Under the pieces are notes generated by a model, which was not told where the DNA came from, did not search any database, and saw nothing but the letters and a program-made list of their open reading frames with translations. This document shows positions 8,074-17,275 of a stretch of 64,000 nt of DNA, piece after piece (the stretch's first letter is position 1; every line of letters starts with the position of its first letter). Position numbers and translations under genes: made by a program. The stretch is from Bacillales bacterium UBA4045. Its GTDB lineage: Bacteria; Bacillota; Bacilli; Paenibacillales; UBA4045. Location of the stretch: assembly GCA_002383695.1 (NCBI GenBank), contig DFZX01000038.1, forward strand, positions 23,054-87,053, read 5' to 3'.

Positions 8074-9771
8074 TTGCGTCAGGGAGGTTTTTTTCATTTG
8101 ACTAATCGGGTTACGAAGGTTAACCATCTATTAGGTGGAAGGTACAGAATAACGGACATTCTGAGCACCGGAAGTATGGGAGCGGTCTATGTTGCAGAGG
8201 ATACGAGGCTGCTTAACAAGCGCTGGGTTATAAAGGAAATGATTGTAGCGCCTTGGATGAAGAATGGCTTCGCTACGGAGGCCACTACCCTAATTGGTCT
8301 TCAGCATCCTAATCTGCCACATATCGTGGATTATCTTGCTCCAGACCACGGTCAGAGTGGTTATCTTGTTATGGATTATGTAGAGGGTGAGACGCTTTTA
8401 GATCGTTTCTTACGGAGTGGGAATCGATTACCACTTGATCGAGTTATTAGTTATGCGATTCAATTGTGTGAGGTTCTCCATTATTTGCATCAGCAGCCTG
8501 AACCTATTATTCATCGTGATCTGAAACCTGCAAATCTGATGATTGACGAGCATGAACGGTTGATTCTCATAGATTTCGGAATCGCTCGCAAGTACAAGGA
8601 AGGGCTGACGAATGACACCGTGCAGATTGGTACAATTGGATTCGCAGCCCCGGAGCAATTCGATCAGCTTCAAACCGATTGCAGGACTGACTTATATGCT
8701 CTGGGTGCCATCCTCTATTACCTGTTAAGTGACGGTCAATATTATTATTTGATGGGAATCCCCTTAGCGGAGAAGACGAAGCTACAGCAGCTTCCAGTAC
8801 ACTTATTCACGATTATAGAGAAGCTGCTTAACCATCAATCTGAGGATCGGTATGCATCCGCAATGGAGGTTCAGCTTGAGCTTCAGTGTGTACAGAATAC
8901 GATACAGATGGATGCAATTAAACCTAGACATAACACTAATCATGGTATGAACCAAACAACGGATAAGAAGCTAATCGTATTATTAAGCTTATATCCTGGC
9001 GCAGGTAGTAGCTTCACTAGTATGGGCTTGGTTGGACAGCTTAGACGTTATCAGCTGGATCATGCTTTCGTGGAGCATCCAGTCATTGAACCGGAGCTTT
9101 TCCTAAGATGTGATGGATATCGTAATGCGCCCGAAGGGTATTGTTTTCCATTCGAACAAATCCTACAAGCTCATAAATTGCAGAAGGACCAATCGTGGCG
9201 TATAGGCTCAACTACTCTGTATCCTCAAAACCCACATACACCTGTCGAGGAATGGAATACTGAGAAGCAGCTTCGATTATTATTCGAGATTCCTGACTCA
9301 ATTATTCTCGTTGATCTATCCCACTACTGGGACAATCCAATGATACAGGATATAATCGGACAGGCGGATGCGGTACTGGTTGTTGCTGGACCGAATCGAA
9401 CTCGCTTGGAATCACCTAGAATTGTTGAGCGAATAGAGACGATTAAAGCTTGGTTCGAGTATGGCAAGCATGTATCTATGATTGCCAATCGCTGGACAAG
9501 CTTCTCCTATGCTTCCTATTGGATCGACATGCTTAAACCATTGCCCGTGCATCGCATACCTGAATATGAGCTATATCAGGTGTTGAATTATGAATGGAAG
9601 GGCGGCGCTCATGCTTGGGAAACTTACTTATACAAGGATGAGTATAATTCGATATATGAGCAAATTCTAAAATCCATTCTTACTGATTTGAATTGGGATT
9701 ATCATAAGGATAAACAAGCCAGTAAAAAAAATATGCTCAAAAAAATCTTTAAACGGTTGCCGTTCGGCTAA
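8074..9771 (+). CDS. Hanks-type Ser/Thr protein kinase fused to a degenerate MinD/ParA/TadZ-like domain with C-terminal amphipathic basic tail
   Basis: Kinase motifs: TGSMGAVY, VIKEM (Lys), HRDLKPANL, DFG, APE. The C-terminal half reads LIVLLSLYPGAGSSFTS...ILVDLS...AVLVVAGPN, parallel to the next gene's P-loop domain but with no Walker Lys. The tail KKNMLKKIFKRLPFG resembles a MinD membrane-targeting helix. An alternative start is TTG 8098, after GGGAGG. Confidence 0.85.
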   Translation: MRQGGFFHLTNRVTKVNHLLGGRYRITDILSTGSMGAVYVAEDTRLLNKRWVIKEMIVAPWMKNGFATEATTLIGLQHPNLPHIVDYLAPDHGQSGYLVMDYVEGETLLDRFLRSGNRLPLDRVISYAIQLCEVLHYLHQQPEPIIHRDLKPANLMIDEHERLILIDFGIARKYKEGLTNDTVQIGTIGFAAPEQFDQLQTDCRTDLYALGAILYYLLSDGQYYYLMGIPLAEKTKLQQLPVHLFTIIEKLLNHQSEDRYASAMEVQLELQCVQNTIQMDAIKPRHNTNHGMNQTTDKKLIVLLSLYPGAGSSFTSMGLVGQLRRYQLDHAFVEHPVIEPELFLRCDGYRNAPEGYCFPFEQILQAHKLQKDQSWRIGSTTLYPQNPHTPVEEWNTEKQLRLLFEIPDSIILVDLSHYWDNPMIQDIIGQADAVLVVAGPNRTRLESPRIVERIETIKAWFEYGKHVSMIANRWTSFSYASYWIDMLKPLPVHRIPEYELYQVLNYEWKGGAHAWETYLYKDEYNSIYEQILKSILTDLNWDYHKDKQASKKNMLKKIFKRLPFG

Positions 9772-9891
9772 TTCCGTGGTATATTAAATTCCATAAATGT
9801 CATATAATTGTTTCTGCGGAAGCACCGCGAATAGAGGATTATTCCTTTATTTGTGGTGCTATTTCTTTTGTCGAGAGGATGAATTCTAAAG

Positions 9892-11031
9892 ATGGAGCGA
9901 TTAATATTCTGGCTAGCTGATGAAAACGAGCATTATGTGGAGTTGATGAAAAGATATATTCGTACGTCAAATTACAAGAATAAATTGAACATTGCGACAT
10001 ATACCGACCCTGAATGTCTGAGGTATGCATTCGTACAAATGCAGAAGGAAACACTTGTTCTAGCTTCATCAGCATTCTTACCTATGTGCAATGAGCTAGT
10101 TGGACCTACAATTATACATTTGTGTGAGAAGTTGAATGAGCAAGAGGGATATTCATCGAATTATGTTTACAAATACAGACCTTTAAATCAAATTTTAGAT
10201 CAGGTGCTGAACATTTATTACGCGAATAAAAAGCAATTAGGCACCGCTACAAATCATTTCTGTTCTGATAACGAAGTTAATGTGGTTGCTGTCTACTCTG
10301 CTTCTGGAGGTAGTGGTGTGTCAACCCTCACTCAACAGCTATCTGAATTTCATGTAAGTTTGGGTAAGAAGGTATTCTACCTGAACCTTGAACCCATACA
10401 TAATAGGATGTCATTACCCGATGTAGCGGTATCCCGATTTACGCAAGTCTTGTATATGATTAAGAGTGGTCAGCCACTTCTAGGGAAGCTCCATCAGCTA
10501 CTACAAACCAATCATACTGGCCATTATGACATGTTCCATCCTGCTAGATATGCCCGTGAATGGCTTGAATATGAGCGGGAGGATATTGAGCTTCTCTTGC
10601 AAGCATTAAAGCAAACAGGTCGATACGACGTGATCATGATGGATCTAGGAAGTAGTCTATACTCCACGACACTAGGGGCACTTGAATATTGTGATGAGAT
10701 CATATGGGTTATTCCAGACCGTATTGGAGCACTCTCAAAAGTCGAGTATGTAAGAGGCGAGATAGGTAGATTGTCTACTCCATTGCTCGAACAAATCCGT
10801 CATAAAAGTAAATATGTGCTTCAGCTTAACACGCCAGAGATGAGAGCCAATTTAGATATTGAATTAACGGCAGTATTGCCCTTCAATGTTGAATGGCAGC
10901 AGCACCATTCATTGGACGTACCACCAGCACCCTATCGTCAGGCACTACTTCGAATAATTGGAGCCGGTGATGAGGAGGAGATGAATCAGATTGGAGCATC
11001 TACAGGACAGTCAATACGTCATCTTGCGTGA
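9892..11031 (+). CDS. TadZ/CpaE-like pilus assembly protein (receiver-like N-domain + MinD/ParA-like domain with atypical Walker A)
   Basis: VVAVYSASGGSGVSTLTQQL sits at the P-loop position and lacks both canonical Lys residues. VIMMDLGSS and IIWVIPDR are Walker B-like strands. It lies immediately upstream of the CpaF ATPase gene. Confidence 0.75.
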   Translation: MERLIFWLADENEHYVELMKRYIRTSNYKNKLNIATYTDPECLRYAFVQMQKETLVLASSAFLPMCNELVGPTIIHLCEKLNEQEGYSSNYVYKYRPLNQILDQVLNIYYANKKQLGTATNHFCSDNEVNVVAVYSASGGSGVSTLTQQLSEFHVSLGKKVFYLNLEPIHNRMSLPDVAVSRFTQVLYMIKSGQPLLGKLHQLLQTNHTGHYDMFHPARYAREWLEYEREDIELLLQALKQTGRYDVIMMDLGSSLYSTTLGALEYCDEIIWVIPDRIGALSKVEYVRGEIGRLSTPLLEQIRHKSKYVLQLNTPEMRANLDIELTAVLPFNVEWQQHHSLDVPPAPYRQALLRIIGAGDEEEMNQIGASTGQSIRHLA

Positions 11032-12229
11032 CCAGGTATGTCAAGAGCTTGAATTAGCTCCATTCCTGACGGACGAGCAGCTGAAGGATTACATTGATCA
11101 ATCGATATTCAACTCTCCTAAGTGCTATGACTTACACACAGAGGACAAGCTGCAGCTTGCATCCCGTTTATTTCATTCATTCCGCGGGTTAGATATACTC
11201 CAGCCTTTAATCGATGATGCTAGTGTGACTGAAATTATGATTAATGGTCCTGATCACATCTTCATAGAAAAGGAAGGGATAACCGAACGAATTTCACTGA
11301 GCTTCGAGAGCGTCGAGAAGCTGGAGGATTTAATTCAAATTATGGTTGGAAAGGTAAATCGAGCTGTTAATGATGCGCAACCGATCGTTGATGCCCGATT
11401 ACAGGATGGCTCACGTGTTAATGTTGTCCTTCCGCCGATAGCTCTGAATGGACCGACTGTAACGATCCGTAAATTTCCGGATAATCCGTATACGCTATCT
11501 CAATTAGTAATCAAAGGGACGATTAGCCTAGAAGCAAGTCAGATGCTTGAGCAATTAGTAAAGGCGAAGTACAACATCTTCATTGGAGGTGGGACTGGAT
11601 CCGGTAAGACAACGCTACTGAATGCTCTCTCACAATGCATACCCTCCAATGAAAGAGTCATCACGATCGAGGATTCAGCGGAGTTGAAAATAAGAGGAGT
11701 TAAAAACTTGGTCAGTATGGAGACGAGGAATGCGAATACAGAAGGGAAAGGGAAAATTGCGGTCAGTGATCTGATCCGTACCTCCTTAAGAATGCGACCG
11801 AATCGCATAATTGTTGGCGAGGTCCGAGGTGCAGAGGCTTACGATATGCTACAGGCGATGAACACTGGGCATGATGGTTCGCTGTCCACAGGACATGCAA
11901 ATTCTGTCATCGATATGCTGCACCGACTTGAGACTATGGTGTTGAGTGGTGTCTTGCTACCACTTGAAGCGATCCGGAGACAAATTTGCTCGGCAATCGA
12001 TATTATGGTTCATCTATCCAGATTTCGAGATGGATCTAGACGAGTAACTGAGATTACTGAAATTAAGGAGATGAGCTCTGGTGAAATTAGACTAAATCCC
12101 TTGTATGTGTATGTTCAGAATGCAGAGGATGAGCTAAATGGATCGCTAAGTAAGAGCGGAAATTCTCTATTCAGAATGGACAAATGGCATAGATCAGGAA
12201 TAATCCAAGTCAATCATATGGAGGTGTAA
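10991..12229 (+). CDS. cpaF: CpaF/TadA-family type II/IV secretion ATPase
   Basis: Walker A GGGTGSGKTTLLNAL, Asp box/Walker B VITIEDSAEL, RPNRIIVGEVRG, His box GHDGSLSTGHAN. The start is uncertain (TTG 10991 or TTG 11024). Confidence 0.9.
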   Translation: MEHLQDSQYVILRDQVCQELELAPFLTDEQLKDYIDQSIFNSPKCYDLHTEDKLQLASRLFHSFRGLDILQPLIDDASVTEIMINGPDHIFIEKEGITERISLSFESVEKLEDLIQIMVGKVNRAVNDAQPIVDARLQDGSRVNVVLPPIALNGPTVTIRKFPDNPYTLSQLVIKGTISLEASQMLEQLVKAKYNIFIGGGTGSGKTTLLNALSQCIPSNERVITIEDSAELKIRGVKNLVSMETRNANTEGKGKIAVSDLIRTSLRMRPNRIIVGEVRGAEAYDMLQAMNTGHDGSLSTGHANSVIDMLHRLETMVLSGVLLPLEAIRRQICSAIDIMVHLSRFRDGSRRVTEITEIKEMSSGEIRLNPLYVYVQNAEDELNGSLSKSGNSLFRMDKWHRSGIIQVNHMEV

Positions 12230-12235
12230 CTGAAG

Positions 12236-12946
12236 ATGGGATTGAAGAGCTTCGTTGTCCTCATCGCCGCGCTATTATCGTTTGGTATTGGTTATTTATT
12301 CTACAAGAATATCATGGTTGCAGTAGGTTGTGTGGCATTAAGCCTCTTTGCCATCCCTTTCTACAACAGCTATATGCGTGAACGAAAAGATCGGCTTATG
12401 GCTGAGCAATTCAGATATGTATTGTATTCATTATCCTCTCTCCTAGCTGCAGGAAGGTCAGTTGAGAATGCCTTTCGGTTTGCGGAGAGTGATCTTCGCA
12501 CTTTGTATGCAACAAGTAGCTTGGTCGTTATGCCAGAGCTAGTTAGGTTGAATGGGAAGGTTAGTAATGGTGAGACGATTGAAAAAGCATTGTTCGAATT
12601 TGGAGAGCGTACGAACCAGAATGATATTAAAAACTTCGCTGAGGTATTCAGTATTTGTAAGAGATCGGGTGGCGACTTAATTGAGGTCGTTCGAAAAACG
12701 GTGAATATGATCGCGGAGAAAATGGAAATCGAACAAGAAATAAAGGTGATTACTGCACAGAAGAAATTCGAAGCTAAGGCAATGGCCTTTGTACCCATAG
12801 CGATTGTGGCGTTGCTTGCTTTTAGTTCACCTGATTACATGGAGCCACTATACATAGGGGTTGGGAGAATCGTTATGACAGGTGCACTTATACTATTCAC
12901 ATTATGCTACTACTGGATTACCTCGATTACGAGTATCCGAATATGA
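12236..12946 (+). CDS. tadB: TadB-like type II secretion system F-domain membrane protein
   Basis: N-terminal TM pair, a cytoplasmic helical domain and C-terminal TMs. Sits directly after cpaF, with an ATGA overlap onto its paralog. Confidence 0.75.
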   Translation: MGLKSFVVLIAALLSFGIGYLFYKNIMVAVGCVALSLFAIPFYNSYMRERKDRLMAEQFRYVLYSLSSLLAAGRSVENAFRFAESDLRTLYATSSLVVMPELVRLNGKVSNGETIEKALFEFGERTNQNDIKNFAEVFSICKRSGGDLIEVVRKTVNMIAEKMEIEQEIKVITAQKKFEAKAMAFVPIAIVALLAFSSPDYMEPLYIGVGRIVMTGALILFTLCYYWITSITSIRI

Positions 12947-13668
12947 TGAGAAGATTAGAAAGGCTGCTTCCTTCATTCTATAGCGCAATTCGTTCAAGAC
13001 TGTTATACCTTCAAGGATATAATCAGATAGAAACTGAACTGGCCATACGTAAATTCATAATGAACACTATGTACGCAATGAGTGCTCTGATTGTGATGTT
13101 CGCATTGATTTTTATTCTAGGACAAGCTAGTCCATTTCTAATCATTGCAAGTATATTGCTTCCCAGCATAATACCTCTTCTGAAGTTAAAGCAGCTGGAT
13201 CGTCAGATTAAACTCATGAAACGACAAATTATTATGGAGCTCCCCGTTTTTCTGAATAAATTAACGTTACTTGTTAACGCTGGTGAAACGATACAGAAGG
13301 CGATGATACGCTGTGCTTCTAAGTATGAGTTTGTTCATGATCATCCGTTTGCCCGAGAGATGAATCTTATGACCAAGCAATTAGCCAATCTTTATCCTCT
13401 CGCCCAAATTTTAGACGAGTTCAGTCGCAGATGTGGTGTTCAAGAGGTATCTGTATTCGCATCTGCTGTGTCCATGAATCATAAGAGAGGAGGTGAGGAG
13501 TTTGTAGCATCCTTAAGACAGCTTTCGCATGAATTATGGGAGAAACGCAAGGTGATGGTTAAGATGCTTGGTGAAGAAGCCTCGGGCAAGATGGTGTTCC
13601 CATTACTCGTTATTTTCTTAGTTGTAATGATTATAGTGGGTGCTCCAGCGATTATGCTCATGGGGTAA
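12943..13668 (+). CDS. tadC: TadC-like type II secretion system F-domain membrane protein
   Basis: Same architecture as the preceding gene. The probable start is ATG 12943 (MMRRLE...), overlapping the tadB-like stop. Confidence 0.75.
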   Translation: MMRRLERLLPSFYSAIRSRLLYLQGYNQIETELAIRKFIMNTMYAMSALIVMFALIFILGQASPFLIIASILLPSIIPLLKLKQLDRQIKLMKRQIIMELPVFLNKLTLLVNAGETIQKAMIRCASKYEFVHDHPFAREMNLMTKQLANLYPLAQILDEFSRRCGVQEVSVFASAVSMNHKRGGEEFVASLRQLSHELWEKRKVMVKMLGEEASGKMVFPLLVIFLVVMIIVGAPAIMLMG

Positions 13669-13687
13669 TGTGAAGGAGAGGGGATAT

Positions 13688-13903
13688 ATGATGATAGATT
13701 GGAAGAAACGAATAAAGAAGTGGTGGTTAGAGGAAGACGGGATTGGAACACTAGAGGTTATTCTTATTGTAGCTGTAATCGTAATTATCGCGGTCGCGTT
13801 CCGCAAGTGGATTATTGCATGGATGCAGAAGCTATTCGATACCTCAAACAGTGAATTAGAACGCACGAATCAAGATAGAATTAATGTTCCTACTCCGTCA
13901 TGA
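13688..13903 (+). CDS. flp: Flp-family type IVb prepilin
   Basis: 71-aa product MMIDWKKRIKKWWLEEDG/IGTLEVILIVAVIVIIAVAF, with Gly followed by Glu at +5 and a hydrophobic helix. GAAGGAGAGGGG RBS upstream. The listed ORF starts earlier, at 13640. Confidence 0.7.
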   Translation: MMIDWKKRIKKWWLEEDGIGTLEVILIVAVIVIIAVAFRKWIIAWMQKLFDTSNSELERTNQDRINVPTPS

Positions 13904-14826
13904 TTCGTGATGAAACGGGTCGATTCACATTAGAGAGCACTTTGATATTCCCATTATTATTTATAATCACGATCAGCTGCCTGTTCATAACTATTGGCGC
14001 TTCTAGACATGTAGGTTTAGCAGTTGATGCTACAACGGCATCAGGGAGAGCAGCGTTCTCGTGGAGTAATAGCAATAAGAATCCTGTAACTGGTGCCTAC
14101 TTACCGGGTAGCTATGATCATTTATATTGGCGTTTAACCGATGATCGGAGCGGGTCATCATTAGCAACGAAGAAAGTTACAAGAGCACTATCATTTATAA
14201 CAGCGGATATATTCGAACGTGGCCAATTTATGAATAGCCTACTGCAACGGGATATCTTCGTTGAAGTGGATTTTCCTTTTCATGCTCCAGGATTTATGAG
14301 TGAACTCTATGGTTCTCGACAGTTGATTGGGAATGGACATTCTTCAGTGAGTGAGCCTATGGAATTTATCCGGCAGGTAGAGCTCGCAAGAATTTACTGG
14401 CCGATGATCAAGCGGGTTTTCTCCACAGAGCAATCAGACGCGATTATTGATGATTTTCGCAAGAGAGCAGGTAAATCAGAAGAAGACAAATTATTATTCG
14501 AGTCACATGAAGAAGCTCGTGCTTATCTTCAGAAAATCGTACAAGGCAAGCTTGCTAAACGTACAACTAAAGAAGTAGGTAAGTGGAGGCTTATAGATGC
14601 GTTAGATAAGAATGGCGTTGCTCATCAAGCCTATTATGGACTTAAAGCTTGGAGCAGCGAGATTGAGCTTCAATTACTTAAGGATGCTGAAATTCTTAGT
14701 AAAGGCCAGGTAAATGGGGTAGTATGGCATTTCTTTAGGAGAGAACGTGATCAATCCATAGGTTTATCTAATAAGCTGAGGACACAGCTTGAAGCAAGGG
14801 GGATCGTCATTGTGGTACATGAATAA
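13900..14826 (+). CDS. TadE-like pseudopilin with ~270-aa extension ending in a restriction-endonuclease-fold-like domain (tentative)
   Basis: N-terminus ETG/RFTLESTLIFPLLFII gives a TadE motif with Glu at +5. The C-terminal pattern is WRLIDALDKNGVAHQAYYGLK...ELQLLKDAEIL...VVWHFF...LRTQLEARGIVIVV. ATGA overlap with flp. Confidence 0.6.
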   Translation: MIRDETGRFTLESTLIFPLLFIITISCLFITIGASRHVGLAVDATTASGRAAFSWSNSNKNPVTGAYLPGSYDHLYWRLTDDRSGSSLATKKVTRALSFITADIFERGQFMNSLLQRDIFVEVDFPFHAPGFMSELYGSRQLIGNGHSSVSEPMEFIRQVELARIYWPMIKRVFSTEQSDAIIDDFRKRAGKSEEDKLLFESHEEARAYLQKIVQGKLAKRTTKEVGKWRLIDALDKNGVAHQAYYGLKAWSSEIELQLLKDAEILSKGQVNGVVWHFFRRERDQSIGLSNKLRTQLEARGIVIVVHE

Positions 14827-16711
14827 GCATTGGAGATTACGTTCAAAGGGTAGCTCCTTTATTCGTAATGAACGTGGCACCGTAACGATTTACATGATAC
14901 TAATTATTGTTCCCATCTTTATATTCCAAGCAGTTCTTATTGATTTTGTTCGTATCAAAGTCGCTTCGATGGAGGCAGAACAAGCTCTTCGTGCGGCAAC
15001 GAGGTCCGTTCTATCAACGTATGATAAACAGCTTCTAGATTATGGACTATTCGGTGTAAAAGCGAATGCCGTGGAACAGATGACAATTGCGAATGATGTA
15101 TTATCGAGGTATGGTACGAATGGAGATACTCAGGCTACATTCAAGTGGATTGTGTTGAATTCACTAGAAGAGCATACTAAGATTGTTCCCTTGTATTCAC
15201 TAGGAGATCATCGACTCTTCCATCAACAAATCTTGGAGGATATGAAGTACAAAGCTCCCATTGAGTTTAGCCGAAATGTGTATCACAAATGGGAAGGGAA
15301 GAAAGAGCTCGTAGAGCAAGCTGAAGAAGAATTACATATAGCAGAGGAAATAGAGGCCTTATTAAAGCAGAGAGAGCAGAAATTAGTGAAAGCATTCGAT
15401 TCTGTTAAGCGAATGAGCAACCATGCATCTGACCTATACAGTGCTTATAATGCAAGGTTTTCAGACGATTATACCTATGTAAGCACAGACAATTTATCCA
15501 TTCTAGTAAATAATGACTACCTTTACCTACAAGATCAATTCGAGAGAATGAGTGAAGATGTGCAAGAAGCAGAGCGCATTGAACAGCGTATAGCACAACA
15601 ATGGGATCAAGAAAAGTTCGGGACATTAGTTAATGATACTTATATTTTAGGTCACGAATTTTATATGAGCTATAAGCTCGGAGCAACTGTCCCGTTATCA
15701 TCGTTTGGAGCTTTCGCGAATCAGGTATCTGCACTCCAAGAAGGGGATTCAGCATCAGGGTCTACACAAGGTTTCTACGATTCGTTCCAGGCATGGTTCA
15801 ATTATCGTTCGAATGAAGAGAGTAGAAGATCAGCCTCGTATAAGAATTTGGAGAGTAAGAAAAATATTCAGCGAAAGAAAATTAATGACCAAATGGATCA
15901 AACGAAGGAAGCCGTTGTTAGTCAGATGTGTCCAAATGTGAATGAAGAACAGTATAGACGCTTAACTTCATACTACGATAACTATATAAATTTTAACGGA
16001 AATTTGGATACTGATGCTAATAATTATGAAACAGGTGCTTCACTAGAACAGACACCGGATCAGTATCAATCAAGCTCGATTTCTATGTTATCCAAGCTCA
16101 CAGCTGTGATTGAGACCATACGTGATGAGGCATATGTGAATGAATATGCATTATATTATTTCAACCATAGAATTACCTCAAAGCAGGTAAATAAAAGCCC
16201 TCTTGAAGAAGCTATGAGGCAGCATGCTCTTCAAGAGCAAGAGGTGGAGTATATCCTATATGGATTATCTAGCTGTACAGCTAATCGTATTGCCGCTTAT
16301 ACAGAAATTTACATGCTAAGATTCGCTATACGAATGGTAGAGGCATTAACTGATGCTCGTAAAGCAGCTGTGGGCTCACCCTTACTCATAGTTCTCACTG
16401 CAGCGGCAGAAGGAGGTATTAAAGCCTTCCGCGATATGGAGCGAATTGTGAACGGTGAAGAGGTTGCTGTATTCGCTAAATGGGGTGCTATGACAATGAA
16501 TTACGCTGACTATTTAAGAATGTTCTTAGCAGCGCATAGTCGAGAGGATAGGAAATTATCACGAATACAAGCGTTGATTCAGTTGAATACGGAGACTGAG
16601 CTACTACAAAGACCTGCATATATAGAGCTTAACTCCATAACAACGATTAATCTATGGTTTATCCGTGGTAGAGAATACCAAATTAAGAAAACGGCGGCGA
16701 TGTCCTATTGA
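14789..16711 (+). CDS. TadG-like large pilus-associated protein
   Basis: N-terminal ERGTVTIYMILIIVPIFIFQAVLIDF matches the TadG-type hydrophobic segment but has no Glu at +5. The remaining ~600 aa are acidic and coiled-coil rich. Alternative start ATG 14819. Confidence 0.6.
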   Translation: MKQGGSSLWYMNKHWRLRSKGSSFIRNERGTVTIYMILIIVPIFIFQAVLIDFVRIKVASMEAEQALRAATRSVLSTYDKQLLDYGLFGVKANAVEQMTIANDVLSRYGTNGDTQATFKWIVLNSLEEHTKIVPLYSLGDHRLFHQQILEDMKYKAPIEFSRNVYHKWEGKKELVEQAEEELHIAEEIEALLKQREQKLVKAFDSVKRMSNHASDLYSAYNARFSDDYTYVSTDNLSILVNNDYLYLQDQFERMSEDVQEAERIEQRIAQQWDQEKFGTLVNDTYILGHEFYMSYKLGATVPLSSFGAFANQVSALQEGDSASGSTQGFYDSFQAWFNYRSNEESRRSASYKNLESKKNIQRKKINDQMDQTKEAVVSQMCPNVNEEQYRRLTSYYDNYINFNGNLDTDANNYETGASLEQTPDQYQSSSISMLSKLTAVIETIRDEAYVNEYALYYFNHRITSKQVNKSPLEEAMRQHALQEQEVEYILYGLSSCTANRIAAYTEIYMLRFAIRMVEALTDARKAAVGSPLLIVLTAAAEGGIKAFRDMERIVNGEEVAVFAKWGAMTMNYADYLRMFLAAHSREDRKLSRIQALIQLNTETELLQRPAYIELNSITTINLWFIRGREYQIKKTAAMSY

Positions 16712-17250
16712 AAAATGATCGAGGGGTTATCTCACTAGAAGCAGTACTAGTCATTCCTTTCTTCTTAACTCTGATTGTAGGATTATTATTATTAATTCGA
16801 ATTGCACTCGTACAGATCGCCTTACAGAATGCTACAGACGAAGCTGTAAAGCAGATGGCAGTGATAATGTATCCATTGGAGCCAGCTATTCAGCAGGCTG
16901 TTACGAAGAAGGAGGAATGGGTTAATTCTCTTCTATCTTGGACCCCGGATCCAATGAAAGAAATGGTCGAAGCCCTATTAAACGATGAGCTGTCTGATTC
17001 GATATCTCAGCCCATATTGAGGGAGCTAATTAAACCCATCTATTGGCACTACATGGATCGATCTTATAAGGAAGGTCTCATTCGATATGATCAGTTACAT
17101 ATAGAACGTGTTGTCATTCCCTTTCTTAATCATGAGGATAACATGCTTGGTATAGAGGTGAGCTATAACTTTAGATTAACGCTACCCTTTTATCAGAAAA
17201 TAATTAAGATTCACAAGCGAGCCTATGAGCGAGTGTGGTTTGGAGCTTAG
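16708..17250 (+). CDS. TadE-like pseudopilin
   Basis: N-terminus DRG/VISLEAVLVIPFFLTLIVGL with Glu at +5. TTGA overlap with the upstream gene. Confidence 0.65.
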   Translation: MKNDRGVISLEAVLVIPFFLTLIVGLLLLIRIALVQIALQNATDEAVKQMAVIMYPLEPAIQQAVTKKEEWVNSLLSWTPDPMKEMVEALLNDELSDSISQPILRELIKPIYWHYMDRSYKEGLIRYDQLHIERVVIPFLNHEDNMLGIEVSYNFRLTLPFYQKIIKIHKRAYERVWFGA

Positions 17251-17275
17251 AGCTTAGTTTATTGGAGGTCATACA

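Noticed and set aside
12370-12798. 142-aa antisense ORF inside the tadB-like gene. Similar long antisense ORFs occur at 38421-38858, 56486-56857 and 57756-58211.
   Set aside because: All lie fully antisense to CDSs with clear family motifs. They have low-complexity Ser/Pro/Ala-rich translations and no RBS, so they are shadow ORFs.
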